A DNA stretch of 64,000 nucleotides, taken from IMG/VR virus record IMGVR_UViG_3300049979_000188; one strand, given 5' to 3'. This DNA comes from a virus. The position numbers and the translations under genes are program-made. The notes below the pieces were generated by a model. The model was not told the DNA's origin. It saw only the letters and a program-made list of their open reading frames with translations, and did not search any database. Positions 54,071 through 63,112 of this stretch are shown in pieces (position 1 is the first letter of the stretch; every line of letters begins with the position of its first letter).

Positions 54071-54467
54071 GGTGACGAGGCGTTAGGGGAAAAAAGAACT
54101 GGGTGAACACTTCCCAAAAGGCCTTCGCCTGGGGTAACTCCAGCAGGGTATGCAGCAGGCTGTCGGCCAGGCCTTCCCCCAGGGAAAAGGCATCTACTTG
54201 GCGCAGGGCTTTGTGAAACTCGTGGGTACTGGTCTCACCCGTTTTGTAGTAGAGGCCTACGCGCAGCATTTTGCCAAAGTCAGCGTGCCCCACTAGCTTG
54301 ATGAAAATGCTGACGCTGACCAGAAACGTGGTCTCGTCCTCCGTGTAGGGGCTATAGCGGACGGGCTCCTCGGCCCGCAGGCGTAGCTCCTGGTAAAATT
54401 GCTTGCTCAAGTCCTTATCAGAGAGCAAGCGCAATTGTTCGCGTACCTGGGTGGTATAGTCGTTCAT
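54045..54467 (-). CDS. hypothetical protein
   Basis: ORF downstream of a promoter motif. Confidence 0.65.
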   Translation of the reverse strand: MNDYTTQVREQLRLLSDKDLSKQFYQELRLRAEEPVRYSPYTEDETTFLVSVSIFIKLVGHADFGKMLRVGLYYKTGETSTHEFHKALRQVDAFSLGEGLADSLLHTLLELPQAKAFWEVFTQFFFPLTPRHRALQPVRR

Positions 54468-54494
54468 ACACTAAAAAAGAAATCGGCCACTTCT

Positions 54495-54523
54495 TTTTAC
54501 GGAAAATGGCCGATTCACGTTAC
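54495..54523 (-). promoter_or_regulatory. phage ECF-like promoter motif copy overlapping a terminator hairpin
   Basis: GTAACG-N16-CGTAAAA; AATCGGCCA/TGGCCGATT stem. Confidence 0.7.
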
Positions 54524-54558
54524 CTCTACTTGATGAGCGGTGCGGGTAGAAACCCTTG

Positions 54559-54834
54559 CTACATTTCAATAACTTTACCGGTTTGCTTATCCCGGTAGTA
54601 ATTCGTGCCATCGAGGGCGTTGTAGCCGAGGTAATCGTAGTTTTGCTTGATACGCACTTCCTCGCGCAAGTCACCAAAGGTGAGCGGGTTGTACTTGGCT
54701 TCAAACAGAACAACCCCGGTGATAAAAAAGGGGATAAGCACAATTAACCACCAGCTATACTCGTGGGCCAGAAACACGAGGCCGATGAAGCCAACGGGTA
54801 TAGCCAGCGGGGACCACTTAGCGAGCGTCTTCAT
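54559..54834 (-). CDS. small membrane protein
   Basis: two N-terminal hydrophobic helices. Confidence 0.6.
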   Translation of the reverse strand: MKTLAKWSPLAIPVGFIGLVFLAHEYSWWLIVLIPFFITGVVLFEAKYNPLTFGDLREEVRIKQNYDYLGYNALDGTNYYRDKQTGKVIEM

Positions 54835-54838
54835 CGGC

Positions 54839-55177
54839 TTAGAGTGTTTTTACCCGTACGCTGGCTCCGAGCTGTACTTCCTCAAAACGCGAAGCCGGAA
54901 TTTGGATGGGGTAGCGGGCAATAAGACTGGCCACCGTGGGCGACACCTTCGGGTAGGACTTGAGGCTAGTTTGCTTGATGCGCAAGGCATCGCGCTTGGT
55001 GCTGATTTCTGCAACCATTACTTTCTCCAAGCGGTCAGGCAAGTGGGTGTACATGACTGGGACCAGACTTACCACGGCTCCGGTCTTGGGCTCCTGGCCG
55101 TAATAAGGGAGTTCGAATTCGTGGGTCGTAACCTCGGTTACTTCACGGACAGCTTCTACGTTTACCGTAACTTTCAT
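54839..55177 (-). CDS. hypothetical protein
   Basis: ORF downstream of a promoter motif. Confidence 0.65.
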   Translation of the reverse strand: MKVTVNVEAVREVTEVTTHEFELPYYGQEPKTGAVVSLVPVMYTHLPDRLEKVMVAEISTKRDALRIKQTSLKSYPKVSPTVASLIARYPIQIPASRFEEVQLGASVRVKTL

Positions 55178-55203
55178 ACTGGTTGGGGATTGGTTTCAGC
55201 TTA

Positions 55204-55232
55204 GTTTACGCTTTCCCCGAGCCCGGCGTTAC
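55204..55232 (-). promoter_or_regulatory. phage ECF-like promoter motif copy
   Basis: GTAACG-N16-CGTAAAC. Confidence 0.78.
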
Positions 55233-55846
55233 CGTCGGTCTAGCAAAAGTCCCAGGCTTTGCGTGTCTGCCTTGGCCAGACGCAGGTTACTGTAGGCTTT
55301 ATTACCGGTGACTTCCACGCTGCCTACCCCGTGAAACAGGGCCGGGAATACAAGCTGCTCGTCCTGCGTGGCCAGTTCACGCTCAGCCACCACCAAGCCC
55401 TCGTGACGTCCGTGGTAGACGTCGATGGCCCAGTCCTCGATAACAAAGCGGCTTTTGAGTAGCTTGTGCGGGCTATTTTGGTAGAGGAGCACCCCAGCGG
55501 CAATGGTGGTGACTTCCTCCTGCTCTTCGCGCACGAGGCCACTGCCTTTTTTGTGCGTTACCACGGCTCCCGAGTAGTTAACCCCATTGATATTGACGTA
55601 GCTACTGGGCTCGGCTCCCTGGTAGCGATAGAGGCGCACGCGCAGCTCGCTGTCCCCGTCGTCAAGCAAGTAACCCTGCCAGATGCGAATGGGCTCCACG
55701 TAAGGCTCCAGCAGCAGCAGGCGGCTCAGGATAGTTTCGTCGAGCACGTACTTACGCTCAATCTCCAGCTTGGGGGCGATAGTTACCGGGTGCACGAGCG
55801 TGCCCAGCGTCTCAAGGGTCTGGTGGGGGTGTCGTTTGGCTACCAT
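55229..55846 (-). CDS. CYTH-domain triphosphate tunnel metalloenzyme
   Basis: EIERKY, QGYL, RVR, K.R, IDVY.G...GLVVAE.E, EVTG...YSN. Confidence 0.9.
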   Translation of the reverse strand: MVAKRHPHQTLETLGTLVHPVTIAPKLEIERKYVLDETILSRLLLLEPYVEPIRIWQGYLLDDGDSELRVRLYRYQGAEPSSYVNINGVNYSGAVVTHKKGSGLVREEQEEVTTIAAGVLLYQNSPHKLLKSRFVIEDWAIDVYHGRHEGLVVAERELATQDEQLVFPALFHGVGSVEVTGNKAYSNLRLAKADTQSLGLLLDRR

Positions 55847-55858
55847 AGTACTAGCTGC

Positions 55859-56299
55859 TTAATAAGGGCGGTGACGCTTAAGAGTAAGTGCCAGCTTAAA
55901 CGTGCGCAACAGCCGCAGTAGCCGCGAGGGTTGGTAAGCTGGTACGCTGACGGGGTCCGTGAACTGAATGACGGGCATACCGGTACCACGGTAATAGAGC
56001 CCATCCCAGAAAAGCGCCAGGTGACGCCCACTCACCCAGTGCACTTCGGCCTGGGGGTCAAAGCGGATACCCTGGCGGAGCAAAAAAGTAAGCAACTCCT
56101 TCTGCAGGCAGATGGGCACTTCACTCAGGGCCGTATAGCGCTGCAAGCCTCGGACCACCAGGTCTTGCATATAGCGGACCAAGTCCGTGAGGCTTCCCTC
56201 GTAGGTTTTATACCCCCCCACTAGCTCGACAGGCGGGGTAGCGGCGCCCCAGATGTGGACCAGGTCTTGCTGGAAGCTATGGACAACTGTATCAGTCAT
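55859..56299 (-). CDS. hypothetical protein
   Basis: ORF tiling. Confidence 0.6.
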   Translation of the reverse strand: MTDTVVHSFQQDLVHIWGAATPPVELVGGYKTYEGSLTDLVRYMQDLVVRGLQRYTALSEVPICLQKELLTFLLRQGIRFDPQAEVHWVSGRHLALFWDGLYYRGTGMPVIQFTDPVSVPAYQPSRLLRLLRTFKLALTLKRHRPY

Positions 56300-56311
56300 A
56301 CTAGGTAGTAG

Positions 56312-56950
56312 TTAATCGAGTTGAGGTGTTTTGGGTGGGGCTTCTCCCCGCTTGATGGCCTGGTGGGCATCGCCAAGCGCAGCCTGGTACGTCTGCTGGC
56401 TACTGAAGTAAGCCGTTGGGAAATTGAGCGGTGCGGGGTGGCTTTGACGCCGGCGTAGCAACCGGTCGATTGCCGCGGCAAGTAGCGAGCCGGCCTTCAT
56501 CAGCGCGCGTACCGGGTCGGCGGTGGGCTTAAAGCCTTCCACCTCCCAGGGCCAGTAACGTAGTCCTTTACGACGACTACGCTCGTAGTCAACGGGAACC
56601 TCACACTCCTCTCCGAAGACGTGGTAATCGGCAACTTCCAGGTAAGCCTGGGAAGCAACCATTAAGTCAACGTGGTTATGCTGGTCGTCGTGGGCCGCAT
56701 CGTACTGGATTTGGTCACGCAAGCGCTGCGCCAGGATGAGACCGGCACCTGAGTTCTGCGCGTTAAGCAGCAGTTGCAGCTGCTTGGCCAAGGTCCGGGT
56801 GGCTTGCTGGGTCTCCCCGAAACAGCTGACATCTACGAGGAATCCCTTTACATATTGCCCATCGTCGGTATTGCTGAGCACATCCTGGGGCACCAAGGTG
56901 TAGAGGCGGGTACCATCAAGGTACCAGTGGTTTTGGGTCGGGTCTACCAT
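56312..56950 (-). CDS. conserved phage protein ('HDD..H...WPW..FKP..LxKAGxLxAAxIxR' family)
   Basis: AHDDQH...YWPWEVEGFKPT...LMKAGSLLAAAIDRL. Confidence 0.75.
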   Translation of the reverse strand: MVDPTQNHWYLDGTRLYTLVPQDVLSNTDDGQYVKGFLVDVSCFGETQQATRTLAKQLQLLLNAQNSGAGLILAQRLRDQIQYDAAHDDQHNHVDLMVASQAYLEVADYHVFGEECEVPVDYERSRRKGLRYWPWEVEGFKPTADPVRALMKAGSLLAAAIDRLLRRRQSHPAPLNFPTAYFSSQQTYQAALGDAHQAIKRGEAPPKTPQLD

Positions 56951-57510
56951 TTGACGACAATGCTGTGACGGCCAACCTTGACTTTGTAGCCGTGGTAATT
57001 GAAATAAGCCAGGTCGGCGAAAAGGTCACCCTCGCAGCGTTCGATGAGAATACGCAGGCGAAATTGCTTTTCAGCCAGTGCCCGTTGAAACAGTTTCTCC
57101 GTACTCGGGGAGAGTGCCTCGGGAATAGGCTTGCCATAACTGGCCTCGATGACGTGCTTACGGGCTTCTTGGGCATTCATAGTAAAAAAGGTATGTTGAT
57201 GACGTATACGTTGCCAGACATCGTTGTACTGCTCGGGCGTAAAGTGCAGCACCGGGCGTAAGAGTTCAATGGGCACCGCCTCCGGTTCGGCCCGCAAACT
57301 GGCGTAGTCTTCCTGCATGCGACGGATAATGCCTTCCACTTGCTCGTGAATGGTCCAGAGCTGGTTGTTGTCGCGCCGGCTGATAAACGAAGCCCGGGGC
57401 ACATTACGGCCCCGGGCAATGCGTACCACGAGCTGAAGCAGGGCAATCTCCCACTGCTTGCGCGAATGACGTAGCCAGTGCCTGGGCTTAAGCCACAGAG
57501 GGCACTTCAT
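56944..57510 (-). CDS. hypothetical protein
   Basis: start trimmed to MKCPLW. Confidence 0.6.
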   Translation of the reverse strand: MKCPLWLKPRHWLRHSRKQWEIALLQLVVRIARGRNVPRASFISRRDNNQLWTIHEQVEGIIRRMQEDYASLRAEPEAVPIELLRPVLHFTPEQYNDVWQRIRHQHTFFTMNAQEARKHVIEASYGKPIPEALSPSTEKLFQRALAEKQFRLRILIERCEGDLFADLAYFNYHGYKVKVGRHSIVVKW

Positions 57511-57913
57511 GGAGCGGTGGCTGAGGTGAAGTAGCCCAGCCCACAAGTGGGGCCAGGCGGGTAAGGCCGTCGGCTTCGAAGCCATTGAGCAGGTGCTGGA
57601 TGGCCTGCAGCGTGGGCATGGGTTCTTGCCCCAGGCTTAAGCTTCCCGATTGGAAGTGCTGCTCGTTACCAGACCCAAAGATAATGTCGCGACGGACCTG
57701 GTTGAGGTACTGCTGAATGCCTTGAAAGCGGGTAGTCATCACCCGCAGCGTATCGAGCGTGGAGGTATGGGCTGCTTGTACCAGCGCCAGTTGCTTGGCT
57801 GCCTCAATGACGAGTCCTACCTGGGGATTGGCGGCAATGAAATCGGGTGAGCTGAAGTTGAGAATACCCAGTTCCAGCTCCACGATGGCTTGCTCAAGAG
57901 GTGTTCTATCCAT
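57488..57913 (-). CDS. hypothetical protein
   Basis: ORF tiling. Confidence 0.65.
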   Translation of the reverse strand: MDRTPLEQAIVELELGILNFSSPDFIAANPQVGLVIEAAKQLALVQAAHTSTLDTLRVMTTRFQGIQQYLNQVRRDIIFGSGNEQHFQSGSLSLGQEPMPTLQAIQHLLNGFEADGLTRLAPLVGWATSPQPPLHEVPSVA

Positions 57914-58520
57914 GGGTAGCGGTGGCTTCGGCCAGGACCGTAGGTTGAAGAATATAGTTTTCGGGGCTCAGGCCAGCTGGAAACCGGCGCCGGCGCAAAA
58001 AGTCGAGGTAGAAGGGACTCATATCCCAGTCACTGCGACTCGTGTTAGTCACCCACCCACGATTCAACCAGAACATGGACCGACGCTCGCCCATTCGCGG
58101 GTTATAACCCGTGACGTAGATTGCCGTTTGCTCGCCATCGAAAGGACGAAATTCCCCTTCCAACTCCGTCCAAGTCTCGGGGTTGTTGCCCTGAGTAATG
58201 CGCAGTTGCAAGTAGGATGCCAACCCAGTGAGTACGCTGGGGGTGGCTACTTCTTCAAAGGGCCGCAGGACCAGGATAACCGATTCGGGGGCTGCCCATT
58301 CCACCCCTACTTCCTCGCCCGTTTCCTTGTCGTAAAAGGTGATACGCACCGGGAAAGGTGCTTCGTCCTTGCTAATGCCCGTCAGGCGGCAGCTAAGCTT
58401 CCGGCTAGAATATTTTTGCGGGTTCGTCTTGAGGCGAACTTCGGGTCGAGCCGTGACAAAGTGGGCGAGCTGGTCGAGGCTGGCGCCGAGTTTACCGTCG
58501 AGTTGTTTTTTTGTTGCCAT
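57906..58520 (-). CDS. hypothetical protein
   Basis: ORF tiling. Confidence 0.7.
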   Translation of the reverse strand: MATKKQLDGKLGASLDQLAHFVTARPEVRLKTNPQKYSSRKLSCRLTGISKDEAPFPVRITFYDKETGEEVGVEWAAPESVILVLRPFEEVATPSVLTGLASYLQLRITQGNNPETWTELEGEFRPFDGEQTAIYVTGYNPRMGERRSMFWLNRGWVTNTSRSDWDMSPFYLDFLRRRRFPAGLSPENYILQPTVLAEATATHG

Positions 58521-58526
58521 TACTTC

Positions 58527-58751
58527 TTACTGAATGGGGTGGTCTTCCTTGAGGCGCTGCATATTCACCCCGTTGTACTTACGCCGAATATCGGCTACAT
58601 TCTCACCAGGCTTCACAAAGACCGGGTACTGCTCGTAGCTAAACGTGTCGCTTACGTAGCTAAACGTGTCGCTTACCACGAACAAGTGAATAGCGCCTTC
58701 GGCCTTGCCGCGCGCCAACCACTGCTTGACTTCCTCCCGAGTAATGCACAT
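58527..58751 (-). CDS. small conserved phage protein carrying a 7-aa duplication
   Basis: W..RG...GA.H..VV.DTFSYE.YPV.V motif. Confidence 0.7.
   Translation of the reverse strand: MCITREEVKQWLARGKAEGAIHLFVVSDTFSYVSDTFSYEQYPVFVKPGENVADIRRKYNGVNMQRLKEDHPIQ
58634..58675. repeat. perfect 21-bp in-frame tandem duplication
   Basis: CGTAGCTAAACGTGTCGCTTA x2. Confidence 0.9.
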
Positions 58752-58760
58752 AGTAAAAAA

Positions 58761-59102
58761 TTAATAATCCCAAAAATAAGCAGCGTAGAGCTGCCCGTAG
58801 TAGGCGTGTTTACGGTCAAGTTCAACTTGGCGGCCACTACTTTTGGTCCCTTCCTCTCGACGCCGCGCCTCCCGCTGAAAGGCAATACCAGCCGCCTCGG
58901 CCATGGGCTCGGTGGAGTAAAAATACGTATTGCCCATGTAGCCGTAGTGGTAGCAAACCGCCAACTCCTTGGCCTGGTTGAAGGTGAGCTCCGCAGTACC
59001 AATAGGGCCTAGCTTCTTAGGCGTCGTGGTGAGTTTGGGCGCCATGTCCCGGTACGTGATGAGCGGCGGGGGCGTAGTAGCCGGTAGGTTTGAGTGGGGC
59101 AT
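58761..59102 (-). CDS. hypothetical protein
   Basis: ORF tiling. Confidence 0.65.
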   Translation of the reverse strand: MPHSNLPATTPPPLITYRDMAPKLTTTPKKLGPIGTAELTFNQAKELAVCYHYGYMGNTYFYSTEPMAEAAGIAFQREARRREEGTKSSGRQVELDRKHAYYGQLYAAYFWDY

Positions 59103-59107
59103 AGCAC

Positions 59108-59425
59108 TTACTGTAAATGAGCCGGGAAGGGTAAGCCGGCGAGCTCAGGCTCCAGGCGGCGTAGCTCCCGCTCGGCCTCCCCAATCTTGCGCCAGGCAAT
59201 TGCCTGCAGGGCCTGCCAGATTTCGGGCTCCTCGCCCAGGGGCATGAGGGTTTTATCGGGCAAGTGCAGCTGCAGGTGGTGAATATGTGAGTAGGGCGGG
59301 TACTGGCTCGACCCAGCGGCGAGCATGGCCAGCAGCGTCTCGTTGGTACGGATAACGAGGTACTGCCCCCACTCTTCCGTCGAGCGCATCTGGTTAAACG
59401 GTTTACGCAGGGGCAGCAGCTCCAT
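59108..59425 (-). CDS. hypothetical protein
   Basis: ORF tiling. Confidence 0.6.
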   Translation of the reverse strand: MELLPLRKPFNQMRSTEEWGQYLVIRTNETLLAMLAAGSSQYPPYSHIHHLQLHLPDKTLMPLGEEPEIWQALQAIAWRKIGEAERELRRLEPELAGLPFPAHLQ

Positions 59426-60033
59426 TAGGCCTGAGTGGGGAAAAGGGTGGTCAAATCAGCCGCGATGTAATGGGCATTTTTAAGCACTTTCTTATCGAGC
59501 TTACGCAAAATAGCGGCCGGATACATCTCGGGAAAGAAAGGGGTACTCACCCACACTTCCACCCCTTCAGCGGCGTACTTGGCCAGCGTGTCACGCACTT
59601 CCTGCTCAGTGTGGCAAAATTTGCTCATATTGCTGGCCTGCACAATGGCAAAGCCGGGGTAAAAGGCGTCCTGCAGACCGCAAGCGAGTACCGTTCCGTC
59701 CTGGACGTAGCGCTGGTCAATACAGGCATCGAGCAACGCAATGGGGTCGTAGGCGTCCGTGTCTTTACTGGTAATAATACCACCTTCGTAGAACTTACCG
59801 TACTTGTAGTCGGCGACGTGCTTCAAGCCGGCTTTCTCGGCCAGCATACCGGAAAAGGTCCCCTCCAGGCCCATTGCCTGGGCTTTTTCAAAAAGCTCTT
59901 CGAGCTCCAGCGAAAGACGCAGCAGTAAGGTTTCCCGCGCGGGCTGCGTGGGTTCGGTCGGGACGTGCTGACCAGCAGTGGTCATAAACAGGCGCACCTG
60001 CTCAAGGGTATCGGGGACAGTTTGTATCGTCAT
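59425..60033 (-). CDS. MazG-like/PRA-PH-like NTP pyrophosphohydrolase
   Basis: V..F...GQ..P..P...LR..L..EEL.E, DA..D..YV..G, V..SNMSK, K.LK. Confidence 0.82.
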   Translation of the reverse strand: MTIQTVPDTLEQVRLFMTTAGQHVPTEPTQPARETLLLRLSLELEELFEKAQAMGLEGTFSGMLAEKAGLKHVADYKYGKFYEGGIITSKDTDAYDPIALLDACIDQRYVQDGTVLACGLQDAFYPGFAIVQASNMSKFCHTEQEVRDTLAKYAAEGVEVWVSTPFFPEMYPAAILRKLDKKVLKNAHYIAADLTTLFPTQA

Positions 60034-60039
60034 AGGTAG

Positions 60040-60068
60040 GTTTACGAAGTAAAAAATACGCGCGTTAC
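60040..60068 (-). promoter_or_regulatory. phage ECF-like promoter motif copy
   Basis: GTAACG-N16-CGTAAAC. Confidence 0.78.
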
Positions 60069-60105
60069 CTGGGCCTGGTAAAACTTACCAGGCCCAGGTA
60101 ACGCG
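60061..60105. repeat. perfect 21-bp inverted repeat (3-nt loop) overlapping the promoter -35 element
   Basis: CGCGTTACCTGGGCCTGGTAA-AAC-TTACCAGGCCCAGGTAACGCG. Confidence 0.9.
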
Positions 60106-60106
60106 G

Positions 60107-60625
60107 CTACTGCGTGTCAGCCGCAATCAGGCAAAGGGCAACGGTGCCGGCCGCGGCCGAAAGCGCCAGCTGCAGGTCCAGGCCAGCCTGGCGGAGCTTA
60201 GCCTGCTGAAAGTGCTCAGGTTTGAGGGCATTGGCTTGGTCGAGGACCTGACTAACCAAGGTATGGAGCTCCCGTAGATGAGCGCCCGCCGCCAGGGGTT
60301 GCTGAGCTTGAGTTTCTCGTTGAGGTAACAAGCCAAGTTGTTGTTCCAACCGGGCGTTGTCCTGGGGTAGGTGATAAACGTTCTCAGGTGCCCAGCCGCC
60401 AAAACCGCTTTCACCGCGAACAAGGATTTCATATATTTTCGTGCCTGGTATCACAACCAGGGCCATATCTGTCCAGGACGTGAGTTGCATCATACGACCG
60501 GGGGTACCGCGGGTATAGCCATTAGCGTGAAGGCGGTTCTGTAAAGTTGCCGTCTGAGCCACCTGTTTTGACTGTACTATTAAGAGCATGGGGGCTACAT
60601 GCTTGAGTAGGGTTGCAGTGTCCAT
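60107..60625 (-). CDS. hypothetical protein
   Basis: ORF tiling. Confidence 0.65.
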   Translation of the reverse strand: MDTATLLKHVAPMLLIVQSKQVAQTATLQNRLHANGYTRGTPGRMMQLTSWTDMALVVIPGTKIYEILVRGESGFGGWAPENVYHLPQDNARLEQQLGLLPQRETQAQQPLAAGAHLRELHTLVSQVLDQANALKPEHFQQAKLRQAGLDLQLALSAAAGTVALCLIAADTQ

Positions 60626-60651
60626 TGATAAAAGGTTAAGTTGATACGTAC

Positions 60652-61836
60652 CTAAACAAGCGGCTCATCAACGGAGCCGGGTAGGGGGGTAGCCAGCATG
60701 AGGGCGCGCTTAGCGGCCTGCTTGGCCTGAATGCGGGCGCGCACCTCGGGTTGCTCGCAGCGGCGCTGCTCCGTATCACCGGCCTGGGCCATGTCAAGGC
60801 CACGCGCGTGGCAGAGCGCAGCCAGGGTAACGAGCGTGCCGCCCACCTCCTGGTGAAACTCCCCGATGGGCCGGCCAAAGACGTAGTCGACGAGCTTGAG
60901 TACGTCTTGCTTGCTCGTGCCGTTGGCCTGCAGCAACTCAATAGCTTCTTCCCCAAAGCGGAAGCCTCGCTCCTGGTAGTCCTCTGACACATCGGGCCCA
61001 AACGTTTCCTGCATCCAGGCCCCAACTCGGGCTTGGAAACCTGGCTCAGATGCTGTCTGCTCGCTGACTAGCTCCGGTATAGTGGCTGCCCTGGCCAGGG
61101 TGGCGTGCAGCGAGAGGGCCTTGTCACGAACGTAGTCGCAGCAGTGGGCTTCGAGCAAATCCTGGTCAGTCCAGGTCTTAATTTCTTCTTCCATCAAAGC
61201 GTCCATCACCGGCCAGAGCCAGCGCATGGTAGCCGCAAGCGTGTGGGCCGTGATGGTACCCAGCGGCAGTTGCGCAGGAGATACTTGGTCTGAAGGCGAG
61301 CGCTCGCGCTTGGTATAAATGGGCTGCCAGTTCTCGGCCGGTGTATTGTCCATTCCACCCGGCACGATGCCGTAAGGCCCCAGCCAGCCAATCTGCACCA
61401 ACTCACTCGGGCGGGCCGTGGTCTGGCGACTTTCCTTACGCAGCCTGACCGCGGTGAGCGCTTGCTGCAGCAGCGAAATCTCGGTAAGGGCCGTGGTGAG
61501 CGCTTGCCGCAGCAGCGAAATCTCGGTAAGGGCCGTGGAAGCTTTCTCACGGGAGATACTACCGGGCTCGGCGTTATGCAAGTAACGCTGATTAGTTGCC
61601 CAGCGCGAGTCAAGCCGGTGCTGCATGGCCATGAAAAGGGTGTCCTCGACGAGCGGGCCGCTCAGGCTGGCCGAGAGTTCGTAGCCCGCCTTAAAGCAAG
61701 CCCAGGCCAGCGAGCCCTCGCTGGTGTACTGCAAGTCGTCGGTGGCCCAGCGTTCGGCTGTACAGGCGGCACTATATGCCGCGCGCATTTCCTCGTCCGT
61801 ATGACGCAGACGGGCAGGGGGAGTCAGGTGTTCCAT
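60652..61836 (-). CDS. multidomain protein with a C-terminal MazG-like pyrophosphatase domain
   Basis: FQARV..W....FG...ER..RF.EEA.EL.QA...YVF.RP.GE..QEVGG..VTLAALC. Confidence 0.75.
   Translation of the reverse strand: MEHLTPPARLRHTDEEMRAAYSAACTAERWATDDLQYTSEGSLAWACFKAGYELSASLSGPLVEDTLFMAMQHRLDSRWATNQRYLHNAEPGSISREKASTALTEISLLRQALTTALTEISLLQQALTAVRLRKESRQTTARPSELVQIGWLGPYGIVPGGMDNTPAENWQPIYTKRERSPSDQVSPAQLPLGTITAHTLAATMRWLWPVMDALMEEEIKTWTDQDLLEAHCCDYVRDKALSLHATLARAATIPELVSEQTASEPGFQARVGAWMQETFGPDVSEDYQERGFRFGEEAIELLQANGTSKQDVLKLVDYVFGRPIGEFHQEVGGTLVTLAALCHARGLDMAQAGDTEQRRCEQPEVRARIQAKQAAKRALMLATPLPGSVDEPLV
61453..61536. repeat. 42-bp in-frame tandem duplication (1 mismatch)
   Basis: encodes TALTEISLLRQALT / TALTEISLLQQALT. 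Confidence 0.85.
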
Positions 61837-61847
61837 AAGGAGGGTAG

Positions 61848-62327
61848 TTAGTGATTGCTTTCCGGGTCGGATTCTTCTTCGGGTCGGAACCAGTAACCGG
61901 GGCGCTCGGTAAGACCCAGGCGGGAGGCAATGGCGTAATACCCGTCCTGGAAGAAGTGGTTGTTCTCGCGCTTGGCATGAAGGTCGAGCGTTTCAAGCGG
62001 GGCGGTCGCAAACTCAATCTGCGACCAGCTCAGCACCGGCTTATCAGGGCTCGTGGTCAACTCCACGACGGGTTTTCCGCCCTCCGGACTCAGGGTAGAG
62101 TTGACCACCGAGGCGTGGTCGTCAATCCAGACCATGGACTTTACCAGCAGGGGCGGCGTGTCGATGCCCCGGTTCGAGGCGGCTTGCTGAAGCAAAGCTT
62201 TTTGCATGACCAGGTGGCCCAGGAAGAGTTTGAGGTCACGGGCCAGGCGTACGAAGTTTTCTTCAGTGGCCAGATTAGCCAGGTCCTGCATGGTGGCCAC
62301 TTCGTGGCGAGGGGCAGCTGTTGCCAT
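61848..62327 (-). CDS. hypothetical protein
   Basis: ORF tiling. Confidence 0.65.
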   Translation of the reverse strand: MATAAPRHEVATMQDLANLATEENFVRLARDLKLFLGHLVMQKALLQQAASNRGIDTPPLLVKSMVWIDDHASVVNSTLSPEGGKPVVELTTSPDKPVLSWSQIEFATAPLETLDLHAKRENNHFFQDGYYAIASRLGLTERPGYWFRPEEESDPESNH

Positions 62328-62333
62328 CGTAAG

Positions 62334-62543
62334 CTAAGGGGTTAAGTCCGTGCCGGGTGCACAGGGGGAGGGGGGAGTAGTAAAGCGGTAGCTTCGGCAG
62401 AAGCGAAGCACTTCCAGGCATTCCGGGCAAGTGACCTTGGCGCTGGTCAAGGGCCCCGTCATATCATCGAGGAAGCCGCAGAGCGTGGCCAGGCCGCGGG
62501 CTGGGGTAACGATGTGTACTTGGCGAGCGATACGCATATTCAT
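62334..62543 (-). CDS. small Zn-binding protein
   Basis: H...TLCG...VTCPEC. Confidence 0.55.
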   Translation of the reverse strand: MNMRIARQVHIVTPARGLATLCGFLDDMTGPLTSAKVTCPECLEVLRFCRSYRFTTPPSPCAPGTDLTP

Positions 62544-62548
62544 CGGCC

Positions 62549-63097
62549 TTACTCCTTACGCTCGTAGTCGATTCCTTCTAGCAGCGTTCGCCCGTGGGAG
62601 GGCAGGGCAAATTCATTGGCTCGCAAGTAATCGAAGATGGCCACCTGGTTGCGAATGGGCGCGGGTTGCATGCGGCGCTCACCTTCCGTGGCCGTTAAGT
62701 CGAACGTGTGGGGGTTCACACTCAGGCGCAGGCGAAATCCGCGGCTACGCATCGAGCAGCTATAGCCATCAGCTTCCACTTCGAAGCCTTTGGTCATGAA
62801 CGTGAGCTCGGCGATGTGGCAAAGCGGAATGACGCCGTTCTCCAAGGGCTGGGCCAGCTGGTCGGCGGAACGCAGACGGGGTAAGAGCGCCATCAAGGCC
62901 AGCGAGCCATTGAAGACGGACTGCGCGCTGTAGTAAACGTAGTCGCGGCTCACATCCAGGTGCAGGGCCGTCAGGGGGAAACGTTTTCCTTCCTCATTTT
63001 GCAGCTCCACGCCAGTCAGCAGGTACGGGGCCAGGACACTGGCCAGAATGGAGCCCGTATTGTTTGAACCGGTCAGACGTTTTCCGTTTACTAGCAT
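62549..63097 (-). CDS. hypothetical protein
   Basis: ORF tiling. Confidence 0.7.
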   Translation of the reverse strand: MLVNGKRLTGSNNTGSILASVLAPYLLTGVELQNEEGKRFPLTALHLDVSRDYVYYSAQSVFNGSLALMALLPRLRSADQLAQPLENGVIPLCHIAELTFMTKGFEVEADGYSCSMRSRGFRLRLSVNPHTFDLTATEGERRMQPAPIRNQVAIFDYLRANEFALPSHGRTLLEGIDYERKE

Positions 63098-63112
63098 AAG
63101 GGGGAGGGCGTA

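Noticed and set aside
57759-59012. 417-aa plus-strand ORF and the many other plus-strand ORFs in the track
   Set aside because: Antisense shadows of tiled minus-strand genes with no recognisable motifs; long shadow ORFs are expected at this GC content.
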